NCBI GenBank assembly: GCA_964016885.1
Contig: OZ024740.1
Span: 295,802,001-295,866,000 of the forward strand
Source of the DNA: Eledone cirrhosa
Lineage: Eukaryota
Direction: 5' to 3'
DNA: 64,000 nt
The position numbers were made by a program, and so were the translations under genes. Position 1 is the first letter of the stretch. Each line of letters opens with the position of its first letter. The notes under the pieces were generated by a model. It ran no database searches, was not told the origin of the DNA, and saw nothing but the letters and a program-made list of their open reading frames with translations. Shown here piece by piece: positions 16,001-31,878 of this stretch.

Positions 16001-19000
16001 ATATAGGCACTGACTGGACCTAAGAATATATTATATAGACAGTGAGTGTATCTATGAATATGTTATATAGATAGTGAGTGTATCCAAGAATATATTATAT
16101 AGACAGTGAGTGTATCTAAGAATATATTATATAGATAGTGAGTGTATCTAAGAATATATTATATAGACAGTGAGTGTACATAAGAATATATTATATAGAC
16201 AGTGAGTGTACCTAAGAATATATTATGTAGACAGTGAGTGTACCTAATAATATATTATATAGACAGTGATTGTACCTATGAATATATTATATAGGCACTG
16301 ACTGGACCTAAGAATATATTATATAGACAATGAGTGTACCTAAGAATATATAATATAGACAGTGAGTGTACATAACACTATATTATATATACAGTAAGTG
16401 TACCTAACAATATATTATATAGACAGTGAGTGTACCTAAGATTATATTATATAGAGAGTGAGTGTACTGAATATATATTATATAGACAATGAGTGTACCT
16501 AAGAATATATTATATAGAGAGTGAGTGTAACTAAGAATATATTATATAGATAGTGAGTGTACCTGAGAATATATTATATAGACAGTGAGTGTTCCTAAGA
16601 ATATATTATATAGACAGCAAGTGTACCTGAGAATATATATTATATAGACAATGAGTGTACCTAAGAATATATTATATAGACAGTGAGTGTACCTAAGAAT
16701 ATATTATATAGACAGTGAGTGTACCTAAGAATATATTATATAGACAGTGAGTGTACCTGAGAATATATTATATAGATAGTGAGTGTACCTGAGAATATAT
16801 TATATAGATAGTGAGTGTTCCTAAGAATATATTATATAGACAGCAAGTGTACTGAATATATATTATATAGACAATGAGTGTACCTAAAATATATTATATA
16901 GACAGTGAGTGTACCTAAGAATATATTATATAGACAGTGAGTGTACCTAACAATATATTATATAGACAGTGAGTGTACCTAAGAATATATTATATAGACA
17001 GTGAGTGTTCCTAACAATATATTATATAGACAGTGAGTGTACTGATTATATATTATATAGACAATGAGTGTACCTAAGAATATATTATATAGACAGTGAG
17101 TGTACCTAACAATATATTATATAGACAGTGAGTGTACCTAAGAATATATTATATAGACAGTAAGTGTACCTAACAATATATTATATAGACAGTGAGTGTA
17201 CCTAAGAATATATTATATAGACAGTGAGTGTACCTAAGAATATATTATATAGAGAGTGATTGTACCTAAGAATATATTATATAGACAGTGAGTGTACCTA
17301 ATAATATATTATATAGACAGTGATTGTACCTATGAATATATTATATAGGCACTGACTGGACCTAAGAATATATTATATAGACAGTGAGTGTACCTATGAA
17401 TATGTTATATAGATAGTGAGTGTATCCAAGAATATATTATATAGACAGTGAGTGTATCTAAGAATATATTATATAGACAGTGAGTGTACTGAGAATATAT
17501 TATATAGACAGTGAGTGTACCTAAGAATATATTATATAGACAGTGAGTGTACCTGAGAATATATTATATAGACAGTGAGTGTACCTGAGAATATATTATA
17601 TAGACAGTGAGTGTACCTAAGAATATATTATATGGATAGTGAGTGTACCTAAGAATATATTATATAGACAGTGAGTGTACCTAAGAATATATTATATAGA
17701 TAGTGAGTGTACTGAGAATATATTATATAGACAGTGAGTGTACCTAAGAATATATTATATAGACAGTGAGTGTACCTGAGAATATATTATATAGACAGTG
17801 AGTGTTCCTAAGAATATATTATATAGACAGCAAGTGTACTGAATATATATTATATAGACAATGAGTGTATCTAAGAATATATTATATAGACAGTGAGTGT
17901 ACCTAGGAATATATTATATATACAGTGAGTGTACCTAAGCATATATTATATAGACAGTGAGTGTACCTAAGAATATATTATATAGACAGTGAGTGTACCT
18001 GAGAATATATTATATAGACAGCGAGTGTACATAAGAATATATTATATAGATAGTGAGTGTACCTGAGAATATATATAGACAGAGAGTGTACTGAGACTAT
18101 ATTATATAGTCAGTGAGTGTACCTGAGAATATATTATATAGATAGTGAGTGTATCTGAGAATATATTATATAGATAGTGAGTGTACCTAAGAATTTATTA
18201 TATAGAGAGTGAGTGTACCTAAGAATATATTATATAGACAGTGAGTGTACCTAAGAATATTTTATATAGACAGTAAGTGTACCTAACAATATATTATATA
18301 GACATATAGAATATATTATATAGAGAGTGATTTTACCTAAGAATATATTATATAGACAGTGAGTGTACCTAATAATATATTATAGAGACAGTGATTGTAC
18401 CTAAGGATATATTATATAGACAGTGAGTGTACCTAATAATATATTATATAGACACTGACTGGACTGAGAATATATTATATAGACAATAAGTGTACCTAAT
18501 AATATATTATATAGAGAGTGAATGTACTGAGAATATATTATATAGACAGTGAGTGTACTGAGAATATATTATATAGACAGTGAGTGTACATAAGAATATA
18601 TTATATAGAGAGTGAGTGTTCCCGAGAATATATTATATAGACAGTGAGTGTACCTAAGAATATATTATATAGACAGTGAGTGTACCTAAGAATATATTAT
18701 ATAGACAGCAAGTGTACTGAATATATATTATATAGACAATGAGTGTACCTAAGAATATATTATATAGACAGTGAGTGTACCTAAGAACACATTATATAGA
18801 CAGTGAGTGTTCCTAAGAATATATTATATAGACAGTGAGTGTACGGAATATATATTATATAGACAATGAGTGTACCTAAGAATATATAATATAGACAGTG
18901 AGTGTACATAACACTATATTATATATACAGTAAGTGTACCTAACAATATATTATATAGACAGTGAGTGTACCTAAGATTATATTATATAGAGAGTGAGTG

Positions 19001-22000
19001 TACTGAATATATATTATATAGACAATGAGTGTACCTAAGAATATATTATATAGAGAGTGAGTGTAACTAAGAATATATTATATAGATAGTGAGTGTACCT
19101 GAGAATATATTATATAGACAGTGAGTGTTCCTAAGAATATATTATATAGACAGCAAGTGTACCTGAGAATATATATTATATAGACAATGAGTGTACCTAA
19201 GAATATATTATATAGACAGTGAGTGTACCTAAGAATATATTATATAGACAGTGAGTGTACCTAAGAATATATTATATAGACAGTGAGTGTACCTGAGAAT
19301 ATATTATATAGATAGTGAGTGTACCTGAGAATATATTATATAGATAGTGAGTGTTCCTAAGAATATATTATATAGACAGCAAGTGTACTGAATATATATT
19401 ATATAGACAATGAGTGTACCTAAAATATATTATATAGACAGTGAGTGTACCTAAGAATATATTATATAGACAGTGAGTGTACCTAACAATATATTATATA
19501 GACAGTGAGTGTACCTAAGAATATATTATATAGACAGTGAGTGTTCCTAACAATATATTATATAGACAGTGAGTGTACTGATTATATATTATATAGACAA
19601 TGAGTGTACCTAAGAATATATTATATAGACAGTGAGTGTACCTAACAATATATTATATAGACAGTGAGTGTACCTAAGAATATATTATATAGACAGTAAG
19701 TGTACCTAACAATATATTATATAGACAGTGAGTGTACCTAAGAATATATTATATAGACAGTGAGTGTACCTAAGAATATATTATATAGAGATTGATTGTA
19801 CCTAAGAATATATTATATAGACAGTGAGTGTACCTAATAATATATTATATAGACAGTGATTGTACCTATGAATATATTATATAGGCACTGACTGGACCTA
19901 AGAATATATTATATAGACAGTGAGTGTACCTATGAATATGTTATATAGATAGTGAGTGTATCCAAGAATATATTATATAGACAGTGAGTGTATCTAAGAA
20001 TATATTATATAGATAGTGAGTGTATCTAAGAATATATTATATAGACAGTGAGTGTACTGAGAATATATTATATAGACAGTGAGTGTACCTAAGAATATAT
20101 TATATAGACAGTGAGTGTACCTGAGAATATATTATATAGACAGTGAGTGTACCTGAGAATATATTATATAGACAGTGAGTGTACCTAAGAATATATTATA
20201 TAGATAGTGAGTGTACCTAAGAATATATTATATAGACAGTGAGTGTACCTAAGAATATATTATATAGATAGTGAGTGTACTGAGAATATATTATATAGAC
20301 AGTGAGTGTACCTAAGAATATATTATATAGACAGTGAGTGTACCTGAGAATATATTATATAGACAGTGAGTGTTCCTAAGAATATATTATATAGACAGCA
20401 AGTGTACTGAATATATATTATATAGACAATGAGTGTACCTAAGAACATATTATATAGACAGTGAGTGTACCTAGGAATATATTATATATACAGTGAGTGT
20501 ACCTAAGCATATATTATATAGACAGTGAGTGTACCTAAGAATATATTATATAGACAGTGAGTGTAACTAAGAATATATTATATAGACGGTGAGTGTACCC
20601 GAGAATATATTATATAGACAGTGATTGTACCTAAGAATATATTATATAGACAGTGAGTGTACCTAACAATATATTATATAGACAGTGAGTGTACCTAAGA
20701 ATATATTATATAGAAAGTGAGTGTATCAAACAATATATTATATAGACAGTGACTGTACCTAAGAATATATTATATAGAGAGTGAGTGTACCTAATAATAT
20801 ATTATATAGACAGTGATTGTACCTATGAATATATTATATAGGCACTGACTGGACCTAAGAATATATTATATAGACAGTGAGTGTATCTATGAATATGTTA
20901 TATAGATAGTGAGTGTATCCAAGAATATATTATATAGACAGTGAGTGTATCTAAGAATATATTATATAGATAGTGAGTGTATCTAAGAATATATTATATA
21001 GACAGTGAGTGTACATAAGAATATATTATATAGACAGTGAGTGTACCTAAGAATATATTATGTAGACAGTGAGTGTACCTAATAATATATTATATAGACA
21101 GTGATTGTACCTATGAATATATTATATAGGCACTGACTGGACCTAAGAATATATTATATAGACAATGAGTGTACCTAAGAATATATAATATAGACAGTGA
21201 GTGTACATAACACTATATTATATATACAGTAAGTGTACCTAACAATATATTATATAGACAGTGAGTGTACCTAAGATTATATTATATAGAGAGTGAGTGT
21301 ACTGAATATATATTATATAGACAATGAGTGTACCTAAGAATATATTATATAGAGAGTGAGTGTAACTAAGAATATATTATATAGATAGTGAGTGTACCTG
21401 AGAATATATTATATAGACAGTGAGTGTTCCTAAGAATATATTATATAGACAGCAAGTGTACCTGAGAATATATATTATATAGACAATGAGTGTACCTAAG
21501 AATATATTATATAGACAGTGAGTGTACCTAAGAATATATTATATAGACAGTGAGTGTACCTAAGAATATATTATATAGACAGTGAGTGTACCTGAGAATA
21601 TATTATATAGATAGTGAGTGTACCTGAGAATATATTATATAGATAGTGAGTGTTCCTAAGAATATATTATATAGACAGCAAGTGTACTGAATATATATTA
21701 TATAGACAATGAGTGTACCTAAAATATATTATATAGACAGTGAGTGTACCTAAGAATATATTATATAGACAGTGAGTGTACCTAACAATATATTATATAG
21801 ACAGTGAGTGTACCTAAGAATATATTATATAGACAGTGAGTGTTCCTAACAATATATTATATAGACAGTGAGTGTACTGATTATATATTATATAGACAAT
21901 GAGTGTACCTAAGAATATATTATATAGACAGTGAGTGTACCTAACAATATATTATATAGACAGTGAGTGTACCTAAGAATATATTATATAGACAGTAAGT

Positions 22001-23350
22001 GTACCTAACAATATATTATATAGACAGTGAGTGTACCTAAGAATATATTATATAGACAGTGAGTGTACCTAAGAATATATTATATAGAGAGTGATTGTAC
22101 CTAAGAATATATTATATAGACAGTGAGTGTACCTAATAATATATTATATAGACAGTGATTGTACCTATGAATATATTATATAGGCACTGACTGGACCTAA
22201 GAATATATTATATAGACAGTGAGTGTACCTATGAATATGTTATATAGATAGTGAGTGTATCCAAGAATATATTATATAGACAGTGAGTGTATCTAAGAAT
22301 ATATTATATAGATAGTGAGTGTATCTAAGAATATATTATATAGACAGTGAGTGTACTGAGAATATATTATATAGACAGTGAGTGTACCTAAGAATATATT
22401 ATATAGACAGTGAGTGTACCTGAGAATATATTATATAGACAGTGAGTGTACCTGAGAATATATTATATAGACAGTGAGTGTACCTAAGAATATATTATAT
22501 AGATAGTGAGTGTACCTAAGAATATATTATATAGACAGTGAGTGTACCTAAGAATATATTATATAGATAGTGAGTGTACTGAGAATATATTATATAGACA
22601 GTGAGTGTACCTAAGAATATATTATATAGACAGTGAGTGTACCTGAGAATATATTATATAGACAGTGAGTGTTCCTAAGAATATATTATATAGACAGCAA
22701 GTGTACTGAATATATATTATATAGACAATGAGTGTACCTAAGAACATATTATATAGACAGTGAGTGTACCTAGGAATATATTATATATACAGTGAGTGTA
22801 CCTAAGCATATATTATATAGACAGTGAGTGTACCTAAGAATATATTATATAGACAGTGAGTGTAACTAAGAATATATTATATAGACGGTGAGTGTACCCG
22901 AGAATATATTATATAGACAGTGATTGTACCTAAGAATATATTATATAGACAGTGAGTGTACCTAACAATATATTATATAGACAGTGAGTGTACCTAAGAA
23001 TATATTATATAGAAAGTGAGTGTATCAAACAATATATTATATAGACAGTGACTGTACCTAAGAATATATTATATAGAGAGTGAGTGTACCTAATAATATA
23101 TTATATAGACAGTGATTGTACCTATGAATATATTATATAGGCACTGACTGGACCTAAGAATATATTATATAGACAGTGAGTGTATCTATGAATATGTTAT
23201 ATAGATAGTGAGTGTATCCAAGAATATATTATATAGACAGTGAGTGTATCTAAGAATATATTATATAGATAGTGAGTGTATCTAAGAATATATTATATAG
23301 ACAGTGAGTGTACATAAGAATATATTATATAGACAGTGAGTGTACCTAAG
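12630..23350. repeat. Nested higher-order duplication, periods 4835 and 2299 bp
   Basis: CTAGG at 13068/17903, AACAC at 13951/18786, CATAACACT at 14072/16371/18907/21206, ACGGTG at 15751/20586/22885. Confidence 0.86.
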
Positions 23351-26300
23351 AATATATTATATACATAGTGAGTGTATCTAAGAATATATTATATAGATAG
23401 TGAGTGTATCTAAGAATATATTATATAGACAGTGAGTGTACCTAAGTATATATTATATAGACAGTGATTGTACCTAAGAATATATTATATAGACAGTGAG
23501 TGTACCTAAGAATATATTATATAGACAGTGAGTGTACCTAGGAATATATTATATAGACAGTGAGTGTACCTAAGCATATATTATATAGACAGTGAGTGTA
23601 CCTAAGAATATATTATATAGACAGTGAGTGTAACTAAGAATATATTATATAGACAGTGAGTGTACCCGAGTATATATTATATAGACAGTGATTGCACCTA
23701 AGAATATATTATATAGACAGTGAGTGTACCTAACAATATATTATATAGACAGTGAGTGTACCTAAGAATATATTATATAGAAAGTGAGTGTATCAAACAA
23801 TATATTATATAGACAGTGACTGTACCTAAGAATATATTATATAGAGAGTGAGTGTACCTAAGAATATAGTATATAGACAGTGAGTGTACCTAAGAATATA
23901 TTATATAGACAGTGAGTGTACCTAAGAATATATTATATAGACAGTGACTGTACCTAAGAATATATTATATAGTTAGTGAGTGTACCTGAGAATATATTAT
24001 ATAGACAGTGAGTGTTCCTAAGATTATATTATATAGACAGCAAGTGTACTGAATATATATTATATAGACAATGAGTGTACCTAAGAATATATTATATAGA
24101 CAGTGAGTGTACCTAAGAATATATTATATAGACAGTGAGTGTACCTAACAATATATTATATAGACAGTGAGTGTACCTAAGAATATATTATATAGACAGT
24201 GAGTGTTCCTAACAATATATTATATAGACAGTGAGTGTACTGATTATATATTATATAGACAATGAGTGTACCTAAGAATATATTATATAGACAGTGAGTG
24301 TACCTAACAATATATTATATAGACAGTGAGTGTACCTAAGAATATATTATATAGAGAGTGAGTGTACCTAAGAATATATTATATAGACAGTAAGTGTACC
24401 TAACAATATATTATATAGACAATAAGTGTACCTAAGAATATATTATATAGAGAGTGAGTGTACTGAGAATATATTATATAGACAGTGAGTGTACTGAGAA
24501 TATATTATATAGACAGTGAGTGTACCTAAGAATATATTATATAGAGAGTGAGTGTACCCGAGAATATATTATATAGACAGTGAGTGTACCTAAGAATATA
24601 TTATATAGACAGTGAGTGTACCTAAGAATATATTATATAGACAGTGAGTGTACTGAGAATATATTATATAGACAGTGAGTGTACCTAAGAATATATTATA
24701 TAGAGAGTGAGTGTACCTAAGAATATATTATATAGACAGTGAGTGTACCTAAGAATATATTATATAGACAGTGAGTGTACCTGAGAATATATTATATAGA
24801 CAGTGAGTGCACCTAAGAATATATTATATAGATAGTGAGTGTACCTGAGAATATATTATATAGACAGTGAGTGTTCCTAAAAATATATAATATAGACAGC
24901 AAGTGTACTGAATATATATTATATAGACAATGAGTGTACCTAAGAATATATTATATAGACAGTGAGTGTACCTAAGAATATATTATATAGACAGTGAGTG
25001 TACCTAAGAATATATTATATAGACAGTGAGTGTACCTAAGAATATATTATATAGACAGTCAGTGTACCTAAGAATATATTATATAGACAGTGAGTGTTCC
25101 TAAGAATATATTATATAGACAGTGAGTGTAATGAATATATATTATATAGACAATGAGTGTACCTAAGAATATATTATATAGACAGTGAGTGTACCTAACA
25201 ATATATTATATAGACAGTGAGTGTACCTAAGAATATATTATATAGACAGTAAGTGTAACTAACAATATATTATATAGACAGTGAGTGTACCTAAGAATAT
25301 ATTATATTGAGAGTGATTGTACCTAACAATATATTATATAGACAGTGAGTGTACCTAAGAATATATTATATAGGCACTGACTGGACCTGAGAATATATTA
25401 TATAGACAATAAGTGTACCTAAGAATATATTATATAGATAGTGAGTGTACCCGAGAATATATTATATAGACAGTGAGTGTACCCAAGAATATATTATATA
25501 GACAGTGAGTGTACCTAAGAATATATTATATAGACAGTGATTGTACCTAAGAATATATTATATAGACGATGAGTGTACCTAAGAATATATTATATAGAGA
25601 TTGAGTGTATCTAAGAATATATTATATAGACAGTGAGTGTACCTAAGAATATATTATATAGAGAGTGAGTGTACCTGAGAATATATTATATAGACAGTGA
25701 GTGTACCTAAGAATATATTATATAGATAGTGAGTGTACCTGAGAATATATTATATAGACAGTGAGTGTTCCTAAGTATATATTATATAGACAGCAAGTGT
25801 ACTGAATATATATGATATAGACAATGAGTGTACCTAAGAATATATTATATAGACAGTGAGTGTACCTAAGAATATATTATATAGACAGTGAGTGTTCCTA
25901 AGAATATATTATATAGACAGTGAGTGTACTGAATATATATTATATAGACAATGAGTGTACCTAAGAATATATTATATAGACAGTGAGTGTACCTAACAAT
26001 ATATTATATAGACAGTGAGTGTACCTAAGAATATATTATATAGAGAGCCAGTGTACTGAATATATATTATATATACAATGAGTGTACCTAAGAATATATT
26101 ATATAGACAGTGAGTGTACCTAAGAATATATTATATAGACAGTGAGTGTACCTAAGAATATATTATATAGTCAGTGAGTGTACCTAAGAATATATTATAT
26201 AGACAGTGAGTGTTCCTAAGAATATATGATATAGACAGTGAGTGTACTGAATATATATTATATAGACAATGAGTGTACCTAAGAATATATTATATAGACA

Positions 26301-29300
26301 GTGAGTGTACCTAAGAATATATTATATAGAGAGTGAGTGTACCCGAGAATATATTATATAGACAGTGAGTGTACCTAAGAATATATTATATAGACAGTGA
26401 GTGTACCTAAGAATATATTATATAGACGATGAGTGTACCTAAGAATATATTATATAGAGATTGAGTGTATCTAAGAATATATTATATAGACAGTGAGTGT
26501 ACCGAAGAATATATTATATAGAGAGTGAGTGTACCTGAGAATATATTATATAGACAGTGAGTGTACCTAAGAATATATTATATAGATAGTGAGTGTACCT
26601 GAGAATATATTATATAGACAGTGAGTGTTCCTAAGTATATATTATATAGACAGCAAGTGTACTGAATATATATGATATAGACAATGAGTGTACCTAAGAA
26701 TATATTATATAGACAGTGAGTGTACCTAAGAATATATTATATAGACAGTGAGTGTTCCTAAGAATATATTATATAGACAGTGAGTGTACTGAATATATAT
26801 TATATAGACAATGAGTGTACCTAAGAATATATTATATAGACAGTGAGTGTACCTAACAATATATTATATAGACAGTGAGTGTACCTAAGAATATATTATA
26901 TTGAGAGTGATTGTACCTAACAATATATTATATAGACAGTGAGTGTACCTAAGAATATATTATATAGGCACTGACTGGACCTGAGAATATATTATATAGA
27001 CAATAAGTGTACCTAAGAATATATTATATAGATAGTGAGTGTACCCGAGAATATATTATATAGACAGTGAGTGTACCCAAGAATATATTATATAGACAGT
27101 GAGTGTACCTAAGAATATATTATATAGACAGTGATTGTACCTAAGAATATATTATATAGACGATGAGTGTACCTAAGAATATATTATATAGAGATTGAGT
27201 GTATCTAAGAATATATTATATAGACAGTGAGTGTACCTAAGAATATATTATATAGAGAGTGAGTGTACCTGAGAATATATTATATAGACAGTGAGTGTAC
27301 CTAAGAATATATTATATAGATAGTGAGTGTACCTGAGAATATATTATATAGACAGTGAGTGTTCCTAAGTATATATTATATAGACAGCAAGTGTACTGAA
27401 TATATATGATATAGACAATGAGTGTACCTAAGAATATATTATATAGACAGTGAGTGTACCTAAGAATATATTATATAGACAGTGAGTGTTCCTAAGAATA
27501 TATTATATAGACAGTGAGTGTACTGAATATATATTATATAGACAATGAGTGTACCTAAGAATATATTATATAGACAGTGAGTGTACCTAACAATATATTA
27601 TATAGACAGTGAGTGTACCTAAGAATATATTATATAGAGAGCCAGTGTACTGAATATATATTATATATACAATGAGTGTACCTAAGAATATATTATATAG
27701 ACAGTGAGTGTACCTAAGAATATATTATATAGACAGTGAGTGTACCTAAGAATATATTATATAGTCAGTGAGTGTACCTAAGAATATATTATATAGACAG
27801 TGAGTGTTCCTAAGAATATATGATATAGACAGTGAGTGTACTGAATATATATTATATAGACAATGAGTGTACCTAAGAATATATTATATAGACAGTGAGT
27901 GTACCTAAGAATATATTATATAGAGAGTGAGTGTACCCGAGAATATATTATATAGACAGTGAGTGTACCTAAGAATATATTATATAGACAGTGAGTGTAC
28001 CTAAGAATATATTATATAGACAGTGATTGTACTTAAGAATATATTATATAGACGATGAGTGTACCTAAGAATATATTATATAGAGATTGAGTGTATCTAA
28101 GAATATATTATATAGACAGTGAGTGTACCTAAGAATATATTATATAGAGAGTGAGTGTACCTGAGAATATATTATATAGACAGTGAGTGTACCTAAGAAT
28201 ATATTATATAGATAGTGAGTGTACCTGAGAATATATTATATAGACAGTGAGTGTTCCTAAGTATATATTATATAGACAGCAAGTGTACTGAATATATATG
28301 ATATAGACAATGAGTGTACCTAAGAATATATTATATAGACAGTGAGTGTACCTAAGAATATATTATATAGACAGTGAGTGTTCCTAAGAATATATTATAT
28401 AGACAGTGAGTGTACTGAATATATATTATATAGACAATGAGTGTACCTAAGAATATATTATATAGACAGTGAGTGTACCTAACAATATATTATATAGACA
28501 GTGAGTGTACCTAAGAATATATTATATAGAGAGCCAGTGTACTGAATATATATTATATATACAATGAGTGTACCTAAGAATATATTATATAGACAGTGAG
28601 TGTACCTAAGAATATATTATATAGACAGTGAGTGTACCTAAGAATATATTATATAGTCAGTGAGTGTACCTAAGAATATATTATATAGACAGTGAGTGTT
28701 CCTAAGAATATATTATATAGACAGTGAGTGTACTGAATATATATTATATAGACAATGAGTGTACCTAAGAATATATTATATAGACAGTGAGTGTACCTAA
28801 GAATATATTATAAAACAGTGAGTGTACCTAAGAATATATTATATAGTCAGTGAGTGTACCTAAGAATATATTATATAGACAGTGAGTGTTCCTAAGAATA
28901 TATTATATAGACAGTGAGTGTACTGAATATATATTATATAGACAATGAGTGTACCTAAGAATATATTATATAGACAGTGAGTGTACCTAAGAATATATTA
29001 TATAGAGAGTGAGTGTACCCGAGAATATATTATATAGACAGTGAGTGTACCTAAGAATATATTATATAGACAGTGAGTGTACCTAAGAATATATTATATA
29101 GACAGTGATTGTACCTAAGAATATATTATATAGACGATGAGTGTACCTAAGAATATATTATATAGAGATTGAGTGTATCTAAGAATATATTATATAGACA
29201 GTGAGTGTACCTAAGAATATATTATATAGAGAGTGAGTGTATCTGAGAATATATTATATAGACAGTGAGTGTACCTAAGAATATATTATATAGATAGTGA

Positions 29301-31862
29301 GTGTACCTGAGAATATATTATATAGACAGTGAGTGTTCCTAAGTATATATTATATAGACAGCAAGTGTACTGAATATATATGATATAGACAATGAGTGTA
29401 CCTAAGAATATATTATATAGACAGTGAGTGTACCTAAGAATATATTATATAGACAGTGAGTGTTCCTAAGAATATATTATATAGACAGTGAGTGTACTGA
29501 ATATATATTATATAGACAATGAGTGTACCTAAGAATATATTATATAGACAGTGAGTGTACCTAAGAATATATTATATAGATAGTGAGCGTACCTGAGAAT
29601 ATATTATATAGAGAGTGAGTGTACCTAAGAATATATTACATAGACAGTGAGTGTACCTGACAATATATTATATAAAAAGTGAGTGTACCTAAGAATATAT
29701 TATATAGACAGTGAGTGTACCTAATAATATATTATATAGACAGTGATTGTACCTAAGAATATATTATATAGACAGTGAGTGTACCTGAGAATATATTATA
29801 TAGACAGTGAGTGTACCTAAGAATATATTATATAGACAGTGAATGTATCCAAGAATATATTATATAGATAGTGAATGTATCTGAGAATATATTATATAGA
29901 CAGTGAGTGTACAAAAGAATATATTATATAGATAGTGAGTGTATCCAAGAATATATTATATAGACAGTGAGTGTACCTGAGAATATATTATATAGACAGT
30001 GAGTGTACCTAAGAATATATTATATAGACAGTGAATGTATCCAAGAATATATTATATAGATAGTGAGTGTATCTGAGAATATATTATATAGACAGTGAGT
30101 GTACCTAAGAATATATTATATAGATAGTGAGTGTATCTAAGAATATATTATATAGATAGTGAGTGTACCTAAGAATATATTATATAGACAGTGAGTGTAC
30201 CTAAGAATATATTATATAGACAGTGAGTGTACCTAAGAATATATTATATAGACAGTGAGTGTACCTAAGAATATATTATATAGACAGTGAGTGTACCAAG
30301 GAATATATCATATAGACAGTGAGTGTACCTAAGCATATATTATATAGACAGTGAGTGTACCTAAGATTATATTATATAGACAGTGAGTGTAACTAAGAAT
30401 ATATTATATAGACAGTGAGTGTACCCGAGAATATATTATATAGACAGTGATTGTACCTAAGAATACATTATATAGATAGTGAGTGTAATGAATATATATT
30501 ATATAGACAATGAGTGTACCTAAGAATATATTATATAGACAGTGAGTGTACCTAACAATATATTATATAGACAGTGAGTGTACCTAAGAATATATTATAT
30601 AGACAGTAAGTGTAACTAACAATATATTATATAGACAGTGAGTGTACCTAAGAATATATTATATACAGAGTGATTGTACCTAACAATATATTATATAGAC
30701 AGTGAGTGTACCTAAGAATATATTATATAGGCACTGACTGGACCTGAGAATATATTATATAGACAATAAGTGTACCTAAGAATATATTATATAGAGAGTG
30801 AGTGTACTGAGAATATATTATATAGACAGTGAGTTTACTGAGAATATATTATATAGACAGTGAGTGTACCTAAGAATATATTATATAGAGAGTGAGTGTT
30901 ACGAGAATATATTATATAGACAGTGAGTGTACCTAAGAATATATTATAGAGACAGTGAGTGTACCTAAGAATATATTATATAGACAGTGATTGTAACTAA
31001 GAATATATTATATAGACGATGAGTGTACCTAAGAATATATTATATAGAGATTGAGTGTATCTAAGAATATATTACATAGACAGTGAGTGTACCTAAGAAT
31101 ATATTATATAGAGAGTGAGTGTACCTGAGAATATATTATATAGACAGTGAGTGTACCTAAGAATATATTATATAGATAGTGAGTGTACCTGAGAATATAT
31201 TATATAGACAGTGAGTGTTCATAAGTATATATTATATAGACAGCAAGTGTACTGAATATATATGATATAGACAATGAGTGTACCTAAGAATATATTATAT
31301 AGACAGTGAGTGTACCTAAGAATATATTATATAGACAGTGAGTGTACCTAAGAATATATTATATAGACAGTGAGTGTACCTAAGAATATATTATATAGAC
31401 AGTGAGTGTACCTAAGAATATATTATATAGACAGTGAGTGTTCCTAAGAATATATTATATAGACAGTGAGTGTACTGAATATATATTATATAGACAATGA
31501 GTGTACCTAAGAATATATTATATAGACAGTGAGTGTACCTAACAATATATTATATAGACAGTGAGTGTACCTAAGAATATATTATATAGAGAGCCAGTGT
31601 ACTGAATATATATTATATATACAATGAGTGTACCTAAGAATATATTATATAGACAGTGAGTGTACCTAAGAATATGTTATATAGACAGTGAGTGTACCTA
31701 AGAATATATTATATAGTCAGTGAGTGTACCTAAGAATATATTATATAGACAGTGAGTGTTCCTAAGAATATATTATATAGACAGTTAGTGTACTGAATAT
31801 ATATTATATAGACAATGAGTGTACCTAAGAATATATTATATAGACAGTGAGTGTACCTAAGA

Positions 31863-31878
31863 ATATATTATATAGATA
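31863..31878 (+). repeat. Target-site duplication, left copy (ATATATTATATAGATA)
   Basis: Identical 16-mer at 37621-37636; the paralogous empty site at 40491-40506 has a single copy. Edges are ambiguous by 1-2 nt because of TA microhomology. Confidence 0.88.

Larger units (their letters stand above)
1..31878. repeat. Tandem satellite array, 32-bp monomer, left arm (runs off the window start)
   Basis: Continuous head-to-tail copies of GTGAGTGTACCTAAGAATATATTATATAGACA with point variants and occasional 31-, 34-bp or deleted monomers; no unique spacers. Confidence 0.98.
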
